In this document: positions 12,399 to 22,800 of the stretch, one piece after another
Numbering within the stretch: position 1 is the first letter of the stretch
How the letters are laid out: each line of letters opens with the position of its first letter
Assembly (NCBI GenBank): GCA_963924565.1
Contig: OZ004609.1
Span: 23,374,001 to 23,438,000 of the forward strand
Direction: 5' to 3'
Source: Ascidiella aspersa
Taxonomy: Eukaryota
DNA length: 64,000 nucleotides
Translations under genes and position numbers: made by a program
The notes under the pieces: model-generated
Seen by the model: only the letters and a program-made list of their open reading frames with translations
Told to the model about the DNA's origin: nothing
Databases searched by the model: none

Positions 12399-12875
12399 CA
12401 GGGCTGGGGAGCCACCGTAAAATAGCATTAGCTCCGGCTCCAGCTCCGGAGCCATCAGGCAATTATTAAATGGCTCCGGCTCCAGCTCCGGAGTCGTAAA
12501 ACTCATATCCTTTGGCTCCGGCTCCAGCTCCGGAGCCATCAAACACACACCCAATGACTCCGGCTCCAGCTCCGGTGCCACCAGTCACTTATTCAATGGC
12601 AAGTTTTAAAAATTGCTTTTAGCTAACTAACGTTGGAGATGGAACAAAATATAATTTCTTAGCTTTAGCACCACAAATTGAAAAATGGCTCCAGCTCCAA
12701 AAAAATAATAAAAAGGGCTCCGGCTCCAGCTCCACAAAAATAATAAAAATGGCTCCGGCTCCGGCTCCAGCTCCACAAAAATAATAATAATGGCTCCGGC
12801 TCCGGCTCTGGCTCCAGAGAAAATGCTTAGCTCCGGGCTCCGGGCTCCAGCTCCGGCTCCGGCTCCCCAGCCCTG
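12399..12875. mobile_element. hAT-type MITE with internal GGCTCC/AGCTCC tandem units, TIR CAGGGCTGGGGAGCC, 8-bp TSD GTTGAAAC
   Basis: Perfect 15-bp TIR and perfect TSD at 12391-12398 and 12876-12883. Confidence 0.9.
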
Positions 12876-12951
12876 GTTGAAACTAAACTCACCTTAACAA
12901 AACAACACAGACTGTTCATTCTAGGATTTATTTCCTGGTTGTAATTTGGTT

Positions 12952-13815
12952 CTATGACAGCAGTTGAATTAGCTCTTTGCAACGCCCTAACTTTATAGTT
13001 TGATGGTGGGAAAGGTCACTATTAGTTTCACAAGACACAAAAAAATTTTCTGCATCAGACACAGTTTTCGTTCTTGCAGTGCCCTTTAAATTTTGTAAAT
13101 AATATAACAGAGTTTTGAATGTATCATCAGGAACCAAGTTTTCATCAAACATATTCTGCAGCAGCCAAACCTGTCGAACCTTTTTAAAGGCCCAGTTTTC
13201 GCGATTCGTTTGCCATTTCGTCAAATATTGAATGGCAAGTTCTTGTGCTGATGTTTTATCTTCAGAAGTAACAACTCCTTCAACTGATTTAGAATTTTTG
13301 TCCTTTTTATTTTCGACTATATCTTCTATAGCAACAGGTTTAACTCTTTTCATCTTCTTTGCCTTCTTTTTATCTTTATTTGTTACCTCCTGTTGGATTT
13401 CTGTAGAATCAGCATTGGTAGAAAGCGGCATGTCATGCTTTAATTGCACTGCTTCCTTTAATAGCATTGATTCAAAAGCACCAGGATCAGGTGCTGGAAG
13501 TGGAGGAAGCTTCTTCTTACGCTTTTTCTTTCTTTTCACAGGAACTTCCGGAGTTTCTTCCTGTGCATTTTCTTTTTGTGACACATTATCCTTATTATCC
13601 TCTGCAAGGTTGTCACAACCTTTGTCGGTAAATAGTTTTTTAACTTTATTTGGTGATGCTTCAGCGACTGTGACATTTTTTCGCTTCTTCTTTAAAACAG
13701 TTTTTTCTTCTTTTTTTAGTTTTTTGGTTTTACTAGATTTATTGTTTTCCACAGACTCTAAAAGTTCATCATCCACCGAAAGCTTCTTTTTATTCTTTTT
13801 AACTTCAATAGCCAT
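12952..13815 (-). CDS. C7orf50: C7orf50-like WKF-domain protein (yeast Rbp95/Ycr016w family), intronless; likely start MAIEVKK at 13815
   Basis: Lys-rich basic N-terminus. The C-terminal 'QYLTKW...NWAFKKVRQVWLLQNMFD...VPDDTFKTLLYYLQNLKGTAR' matches the WKF domain. The ORF-track start at 13854 lies in a polypyrimidine tract upstream of an AG at 13833-13832. Confidence 0.85.
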   Translation of the reverse strand: MAIEVKKNKKKLSVDDELLESVENNKSSKTKKLKKEEKTVLKKKRKNVTVAEASPNKVKKLFTDKGCDNLAEDNKDNVSQKENAQEETPEVPVKRKKKRKKKLPPLPAPDPGAFESMLLKEAVQLKHDMPLSTNADSTEIQQEVTNKDKKKAKKMKRVKPVAIEDIVENKKDKNSKSVEGVVTSEDKTSAQELAIQYLTKWQTNRENWAFKKVRQVWLLQNMFDENLVPDDTFKTLLYYLQNLKGTARTKTVSDAENFFVSCETNSDLSHHQTIKLGRCKELIQLLS

Positions 13816-13959
13816 TGTTAAGCTTTTTATGCTAGTATTAAAAAGGAAAAACAATTTAGATAAACATCAAATAGGATCATAAAAAAATGGAATTTAGTTA
13901 AACATAAGTTACAGAAATAAGTTCTTACATGCAAACCAATCATGCATTAAGTTAAAAAA

Positions 13960-14796
13960 TTATAAAGTGGACCACTTTGTGTGTATATCACTTTCAGGTT
14001 TAAGAACTGTTTTGTCCGCTAGATTTACTATCCATCCAGGGGAAAGTCCATAAAAAATTTGCCTGGGGTCTTTTCTGTGATTAGGCCACAACTTTTCGGG
14101 GTTCAAATCAGGTAGGGTGTATCCATATTTGGAGGCTAGTTTTGCACGTTCACTTACTACCTCTTCTGGGTTGGCTAAATAGCCTCTGACTTTTGGATCT
14201 GTATAGTAGGTGACAAGTTCTGTTGGTGGCAGTTGTCTTTTGTGAATTGGATTACCCTTCAAAAAGTACTTCACTGGGTTACAAAGAGCAGAAAAGCTTA
14301 AGCGATCATAAAATGATGTGGTCACAACCCCCCCGTGTTTCTCTACACTGGCAATTGCCAATTCACTTGCAATCTGAACCTCAATGTTGATTTTTTCTTG
14401 AAAAATGTTTGATCCCTGATCAACCAGAAAAATTCCATAATAATTATCATCTCTAAATTTTACAGCTCTGCAGTTCATGAGTGTTGTTAGATCAATTGAT
14501 TGTGAAGGGTCAATCCTTCCAAGATCAATTAGGTGTTGTATGCTCCACAAACTAACTGGGAGATATTGGCGTTTCAAGTCTTCATCTCGATTAAATCCAT
14601 ATTTGGGGATCCGGTTTTGAAATTTGTTAAGAAGATTTTTGCCCAAGGGGTGCTTTGTCCCTTTAGCTTTTGTATGTTTACCATGCTGTCCTCTGCGGTT
14701 TGCTTTCTTTCTGTAAGCACCAGGATTTGCCTTAATATTGAAAACAGAAACCCTTGGCAGTTTTCTTAGCAACTCAAAATATTTACTTTCAGACAT
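13960..14796 (-). CDS. MRPL15: Mitochondrial ribosomal protein L15 (uL15m), intronless, 278 aa
   Basis: 'LLRKLPRVS', 'RIPKYGFN', 'LIDLGRIDPSQSIDLT', 'INIEVQIASELAIASVEKHGGVVTT', 'YYTDPKVRGYLA' and 'RKDPRQIFYGLSPGWIVNLADK' match MRPL15. Confidence 0.95.
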   Translation of the reverse strand: MSESKYFELLRKLPRVSVFNIKANPGAYRKKANRRGQHGKHTKAKGTKHPLGKNLLNKFQNRIPKYGFNRDEDLKRQYLPVSLWSIQHLIDLGRIDPSQSIDLTTLMNCRAVKFRDDNYYGIFLVDQGSNIFQEKINIEVQIASELAIASVEKHGGVVTTSFYDRLSFSALCNPVKYFLKGNPIHKRQLPPTELVTYYTDPKVRGYLANPEEVVSERAKLASKYGYTLPDLNPEKLWPNHRKDPRQIFYGLSPGWIVNLADKTVLKPESDIHTKWSTL

Positions 14797-16812
14797 TTTA
14801 GTTGCCGCAAGATGCTACGAAAATAGTTTAGTAAGCAATAGAATGTCAAATATAAAACTTTTGTAAAAAAGTTTCAAAGAAAATAATATAATAACTCCAA
14901 ATAATGTAAAATTATAAACTGACCCCTAGACCAGTAATGCGCTGAATTTAACATTATTAAAACAATAGCAGTAATTTGGAGCTAGTTTAGAATCCGGCAC
15001 TCCATTGATTTGGTACATAAAAAGTAACGCAAAAAAAAACGGTCTACCAATACCGCATAGTGCAACGTAGATTATTGGGGTTAGGGTGCTGAAACAATTA
15101 TTAAAGCAGTGCACAATATTTATGGTAAGGGTGGGTCGAATATTATAATTTAATAATATTGCTTGACCAACCCATGTTGGGGTGGGATTCTAGAATAGTA
15201 CCATTATTTGAAATATATATATTGTATATGGTGCTAATGTTACAGTGTTTCATTCAATGCAAATTCAGTAATGCAGCACTTAAATGTTGCAAATGTTTTT
15301 CCATAACAATTACAAATAAAAAAAAAATAGTCAGCAGTTGGAAAACATCAACGTCTTTGGTTTGGTATAGATCCAGTCTGCATTTTTTGTGGGTGCACGC
15401 TTGTTTTTTTTATAGCAATTTATGTACACATCCTAATTAGTAGTTTGCATAAACTACAATACAGAAATTAAACTATGGAAACAGTAAGTTGTGGTAACTT
15501 TTCAAGCCTCGGGTATAAATAAAACCTGGTAGAACATCTGCACATGGTTGACAGATTAAAATTTTAAATAAACCCAAACCGTACAAGACAAATAGCAAAA
15601 AAACAATTAGTTGAATTTTTTCACATAAAATGTATTTTAAATATACTCCACAGTTGATTGTTTAGTAATAAATCACGATATTGAAAGCACTTCACAATAT
15701 TAAAACAAACTGGTATGGTCGGTGTGGCCACGAGCTGCATTTCAATCGCATTCCAATGCATTTCCGTCATTTCGCCTAAGTATTGCCTTGTTAAAATAAA
15801 AACCAGCATTTCTGGCACCTGTACTCTGCACACTAGGCATATTATTTTACAAGCCGACGCACATTTTCTTTTAACTGAACCCAGTAAGCCTGATTTTTTC
15901 GTCGTGCGCCTCAAGATCTCACCAAAGATAAGCCATACATTACATTTGGGGTTGGACCGTGGCACTGGTAGGCAAAAGTCTTCTTTAGTGATCGTAGAAG
16001 GTATTTATTTATAAAATAAAAAGTTTTGTGCTCTGGCACCTTAACCCGATGTTCGCAAAATGTCATACCACTTGCGCCACAGAAAATACCTATTTAAAGC
16101 TTTGTTGATTCAAATCTTTACAGGTTTACCTTTATTTATTGAAAAATAGTGTCTATAGGTAATTGTATGTTATTTATATTGTCAAATTGAAACACATTAA
16201 TAGTACACGTGTTTGCTGTTGGAAGTTTAGTCATAGAATGCTAAATTTTTAAAGCTATTGTTTTTCGCATTCTATGACTCAACATTAGATAATCCTGCTT
16301 TACCCAAGCCTGATTTGAGTCTACTGTCACGTGATGTTTTCGGAGCCTTGCTGAAAATGAAGATGGAAGATTGTGCTTGAGTCAATTAGTTTTGTTTTAA
16401 AATGAAAAATATTTATCTTGAAGTTCCGAAGAACATTGATGAACCCAACTAACAACAATTGTAGTAGGTTTGTAATAGTATATAAAAACATTATTTCGCT
16501 CTGGTCTAGAATCCTCTTATATTTTGTCTGAGGGTTTATATTGCTAACATTATTTGGTTTCGGGTGGGCCAAGTGTTATTATTATATTTATTCTCTCATA
16601 TTTATTTCTTGCATTTTTAATTTTGACAACTCGTTTCGATACTGGGAAAAAAGTGAATTCTATAGAACAGCGCCCATTATTTTTGTGATGTTTAGGCTTC
16701 TGTTTTTTTTTTAGAAATTGAATGCTTTTCAATTTATTAGATTGTATAAACAAAAGTAAAGCTGATGTATGTTGACAATGTAAAATGTTATGTTTTTGCA
16801 GGTTAGAACCCC

Positions 16813-19800
16813 ATGTCTGTTGTCATGGAAGATGTCATTGATGAATACCGTTCTTCTCTGGAAGACTTAACTTTCAACTCGAAGCCACATATCAACAACC
16901 TCACCATTCTGGCAGACGAAAGCAAGCAGTATGCTCAGCAGATTGTCAAGCTTGTTGAAGAGAAGTTATCTAAGGTTTAAATTAGCAGTAATAAGTTTCT
17001 GAAATAAAATTTTAAGTCATTTTTATAATTTTTTCCTGTAAGTTCCAATATATCAAGGTTTTTTTATTGATGCCAGAATTATTACAGTTACTTTTATGTA
17101 CTCATTGTGGCGATAATTTTTTCAGCTGTACTTGCTTGTCTAGCAATGTGTATGCTATTTTAGTGTTCTGCAATATGCTAAATAAACAAACCTGACCAAC
17201 ATATCCCCCGCAAGAATCTTTGGTGGCCGTACATTATAAAATGCAGTCGGGTTGTACCTGACAGGCTGCGATAAGTGTTACCCTGTTATATTGCCATTTT
17301 CAAACTAGTTTTAAGTATGCAAATTATGATTTATCTTTTGTTTCACAAAAAATGTGTTACTGGTAATTCTGGCATCAATTGTGAGTTTAATTGAATAGTA
17401 TCTTGCCTCTTTCTGTGTTTTGTTTTGTTGCGAAAAGTACAAGCACTGTGTCGTACATGGTTTTGCTTCTTATTTTGTGAGTTGTAAAAAATATTACAAC
17501 ATGAAGGAGTTTCAGGCATGGCCTGTTTTTAAATATATAAAATTGAACATTTAGTTACTTGATGATACAACAAGAGACAGAAATTTTAGATTTAAATAAT
17601 CATTAACATATTGAGAAAGGCTCTTTAAACAAACTTCAACTTTGTTTTGCAAAGAACAAACAAAAATGCAAATGCTTGCACCAAAAAGTGCCTGAACTAG
17701 GTTTTCACTTAGGGAAAATGCAGCTACAAAGTTTCTGTAAAACATCAGTTGTTCTGGTCAACATTGGAAATCATTTTTTGTAAAAATAATATGTGTTTGA
17801 GTGTAATTTTATTCTGCCTCAATTGTGCTGTATTCGCATTTATCGTTATCATTTGGTATGATTTTGTGAATGCATTGTACAAACCTAAATGGACATTGGT
17901 CACTTACTTCCTGCAACTTTGAAACTGTTGTGGTGAGCTAAGTGTCATTGGTTACCTTCATCAAGCAGGCGTCAGCAAAACTGCCAATCATGTATCTACT
18001 GGATTCCATTGTAAAGAATGTGGGGGAAAACTACAAACCTCTCTTTGCAGAAAATATTGTCAACACATTCCAAACTGTTTTTGAGTCTGTAAGTTCACCG
18101 AAAAATTAAATAGGTTAAAGCCAATTTCACTGTTTTATGAGTTATCATTTGTTTCTCACAGAGCGATGAAAAAGGAAAAATGAGTTTGTACAAGTTACGT
18201 ACTACTTGGGACAGCCACTTTCCTTTGAAACGACTGTATCAGCTTGATCAGAATATTCAAACACTTGATCCAAATTGGCCAGTGAAGCCCCTGCCAGCAA
18301 GTTTGCAGGAAGCACATGCCCCAAACATACATGTAAATCCAAAGTTTTTGAAAAAGGTGATAATGTTATTTGCGGAACTATTTTTTAAATGACTGTAGGA
18401 CAGAGAATGAGATATCTGTAATCTTTCATGTTTCAGTTTCTATTTTTCATAATTTAAAGTCCTTTGAAATAATTTTTGCCTGGCCCTTGACTAGGAATGT
18501 TCAAACTAAAATATCAGATCGTTAGATTAGAATTCAAATTGGTTTGAAATCCTATTTTGCTTCCAAACTTTTTTCCAACAAGTTGATTTGCATAATAATT
18601 ATTTAGTATCCATAAAGTGCTATTTGGTAAGCATCTAATGTAAATTGCCAGGTGCAAAGTCTCAAATGCATCAAGTTGCAAAAGTAACATTCCACTGGTA
18701 GTGGCTGGCCTAGTACAAAGTGCTATGGGTTACTTAAGGTCAACTTCAAGCCACTACTCAGATAGGTTAGGCACAGCATAGGTATCAAGTATTGGTTACT
18801 AATTACTTGCAATCATAACCCAATTTTATTTGCGGCGCATAACACCGTCGTTGTTAACCTTTCAAGAGTGGTAGCCCCTTCCATGGTATCGAAAAACTCT
18901 GTGCCCCCCTTGCTCATATTTTGAAAAAAAATTGGCATTACATCATAATGAAGGCCTCCAAGTACCAATGAAAACCACAAGTTTGACTATAACTGGCTGA
19001 TAACAAACTTAATATTCTAAATCCCCTGGGATTCAACTTTGAACATCCCTACTAGGAACACACAAATAAGACCTAAAAAGCCATAATACCTAAAGCAAAA
19101 ATCTATAAAACCATAGTATAGACCAACGACATAATAGTTCCAAATACGCAGTAATATCCACGACAGAATAAGAACTTAATCATCTGAAAAAGACATAAAC
19201 CTATCAGATTAAGTCCTAAATTTATCAGAATGACGCCTAAGTACTGTTTAAAACTGTTGCGATAGGGTATGTGATGATTGGGGACCATATGTCGGGCATC
19301 GGCTGTTTAGTTGTCAACGTTTGGGTGCCCTAGTTTGAATGGCGCTATTAGAACACCGTTATTTTGACCCTGTTTGGGGTTGTGGGTGGGATTAAATAAT
19401 GGGCAGGGTTGAATTTTTTTAGATGAGTCAGTGATATAATTGGGGGTGGGATTTGAGTTTAGGTAAAGTGGCCTGATTCTGATTTCGGACTTATGGCTGG
19501 AGTCCTCCCTACCCTTTACTACATACTAATAATTTAAAATTTGTTTGGAAAAAGTGCTGTCATTTCTAGCAACTTCATGCATTGCCATCAATTAATTAGA
19601 CCATTCAAATATTTGTTTAACAATAAAAAATTTAGGTTGTTATATAATAATTGTGGGGAAATAAAGTTATAATGTTCGTGTAAAAAAGGCAACCTTAATG
19701 GTTTTTCACAAACTGTTATTGTGAAGCATACTTTTAAGTTCATAATAAATTTTTAGGCATCCTCTGATGCAGCAGTAAAGAAACCCAAAGTGATCCCAAA

Positions 19801-22800
19801 TAAATCTGCACAAAATACCCCTGTAACGGTATGTAGTCAACGTTTCACATTCAATTTCAAAGATTCAGTTTTTGATAAAGAGAAATAACTTTTAAAGGTG
19901 CCTGGTTCGGATGTTGACAAAATCAAACAACAACTTGTTCAACAGCAAAAGGAACTTTTGGAGCTTCAGCAGAAAAAGCTTATGTTAGAACTGGAACAAA
20001 CAAAGCAACAATTAGAGGCTAAGCAAAAAGAGTTAACCAAAAACGCTGTTAAAAAGGTAAATCAAAAAGTTTTTGCGGAGTATCAAATCTAAAAACAAAA
20101 AACTTAAATCTACCTAAAGAAAGTTAGGCAACCTTTTACAAGTTGTTTATACTGGATTTCTCTTGGACACTGTTTTCCATATACAGATTACAATTTTTTA
20201 ATAGTCCCCTTTTATTTATTGGTAAAATTAACTTGCATGGAAAGGAGTAGACCAGTATAACTGTTTACCAATATTATCGGCTATGTATCAGTATCAATAA
20301 TTTTTGAATGATCTATTTACCTATGTTTTAATAAAAATATTTAATAGATTTTGTTAAAAAAATACAGCAATTGTTTTTAAATTTGGTAATTGCTTCTGGT
20401 ATTCCTGATTGATCATAAAGCTTGATTTACTCTGTTTTGCATCATTCAAAATTAACATCTGATATAAGATTTGTATAATTAAAGTGATGAAACTATAGAA
20501 CTAAATGTTACTTGCATTTTATGTTTGAGATTTTGTAGAATAGTTAATGATATTTTGTATTACATTTATATAAAACCTTTTTTGGCATGTGGTGTAAGAA
20601 CACATGTTTATTTTCATTTTATTACGATTTCACATAAATACAATAGATGTTTTTTACTGTTGTAGGTGTTAAAAGTAATTTATTTGTTATTTTTAGGTTA
20701 TTAATGTTAAATTTATTTGTTTTAGGGTGATGCACCTGTGAAAGAGCAAAAAGCCAAGCAGATTTCAAAAGGTTGTAGTATTTAAAAAAACAATTACTGT
20801 TGCCTCGAAACTTTTAACTTATGTGTTTAACTTACTTTTAGGTTCATTTAAAGTTACAGTTCAAAACCAACCCATCTCAAATCCAGTAAGTTCTTTTTAA
20901 TGAAAAATTATTATTTAGTATTTTCAAGTAGATTAAATTATACAAGTTAACAATATTATGTACCAGCACAATTACAGTATGGTGTGCTTTAAAATATTAA
21001 TTGCACCTATATTTAAAACAGCCATCATCCAATAACTTAATCTAAGTAAATTGAATGCAATTATAATTAATATATACCACAAAAATTAGATCTTGTATAA
21101 CTCTTCTCAATGTTTATCAAAGGTTTTCACGATAATATTGTTTATCAAAATGTCTGTGATTACTGCCACCAGGGGTCAGCCAATAGTGGGTCCCTGGTTT
21201 AGTTAATGGCCCAAATTTGGTCGCAAAAATCTTAAAATTTATGAATAACAATATATTTTGCTAATACACAAATATAAATCTGCCTCCGCTTTTTTTACTT
21301 TCAGCACTACCATTGTCTTGCAATGTTTTTGTCAATGCTTATTCTAACATCTAATACTTGAGCTTAGTAAATGTTGCGCTGACTTTACACGGTCAAGGAA
21401 AGCTAAAAAACTAATTGTTGCCAATGTTAACTACTGAATTAAATTCTAAACTCTTTGCTTGGTGGTAAATCTATTTTGCTTCTTACTCCTAGTATGTTTT
21501 ATATTGCTCTTAAGGATTTTTTTAGTCCTTTCTTTGTAGGCAAACCGCCATAGGGACGTAGTATAGCGATAAATGCATCAATAAAAATGATAGCCATATG
21601 TTTTGAGAATAGTAGCTACAAACAAACAGTCTTAAGCAAAACGTTCAAATTAAAAACAACTCACAAAATATCTGGGTCACACAACTTTTGAAGTATTATT
21701 TTTGGGTCTGATTTTGTTTAATTTATTGCTTTTGGAGCAGTTGTAATTTTTTAAATTTTTTATTACCTCTCAGTTTTAATTATATGATGTACTCGCAACT
21801 TTTTCAGAATTTAAGCATTGTGCTTCATGAAATGCTATAAAATGTCAATAATTACAATGTTAGTAAATTTCTAACTTTTAGTATGTAGCAGAGGTGGGCA
21901 AATCCGTAAATGTATTCAATGGAAGAGCCATTTGCAGAAAATATAAGTAACAGAGAGTCTTTAAATTATTTCAATACAAAACAGGGAAATAAGTGCAAGT
22001 TCACCAATAATAACTTAATTGTAATATATGAAAACGGTAGTAATTAACCCAATAATAATAATGTTAATAACAAAATACCATGCACAATATTTATCAATAT
22101 CAGTCTTTAACTAACTCTAGTTAAAACTCTAATGCTTGCTGAAATACAGAAAAGAAAAAGAGAAAAACATTCATAAACTGTATCTTGGTGGCCTTGACTT
22201 TTTTTTGAAATTTTACGCTTTGACTCGAAGAGCCACAAAAACTATGCCGGAGAGCCACATGCGGCTCGCGAGCCACAATTTGCCCACCCCTGGTATATAG
22301 TATTAAGAAGTGCTAATTATTCTACAAACCAATTTGCCAAATATACGTTATGCACTTCACTTAAAGTGTTGCCCTTTTACAGTTATATAGACTAACTCTA
22401 CTAAACATATATTGTTTAAAGTCCAAAGATCAAACTGTAAAAAAGCCTTCCAGAGATCCACGAGTGAAAAAAACAATCCCAGTAAAGGTATGTAATGTAT
22501 TTTCATTGTATAGCAAATAGATAAAGTTTTAAGGTAGGAAGTTTTGAATCTGCAATTGTAAGTTTGTCAAAAAATTTATACTTGTTTTCAAGATATTTTG
22601 TTAGACAATTTTATTTAAAGTTTGAGGTTGAGAACCAGATATCCTGTACTGTGTCAAATGTTTGCAGAATTCGATTGCTACACCAAAGTTGACGGCACCG
22701 ACATTGAAGTCACAACAATCACAGAATGTACCCAGAATAACACCAAAATTAAAAAAGAACTTAAAAAGACCTACTACTACAACAGCTCTAAGTGTACCAA

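Noticed and set aside
12369-12581. ORF with APELEPE repeats
   Set aside because: Translation of the GGAGCT/GGAGCC units of a MITE bounded by TIRs and a TSD.
12420-12870. Regularly spaced repeats resembling a CRISPR array
   Set aside because: Eukaryotic context, similar spacers, no cas genes, and enclosed by TIRs.
13232-13882. 216-aa antisense ORF opposite C7orf50 (also 3030-3259, 7569-7898, 26587-27093, 57213-57773)
   Set aside because: Shadow ORFs produced by biased codon content of the real sense-strand CDS.
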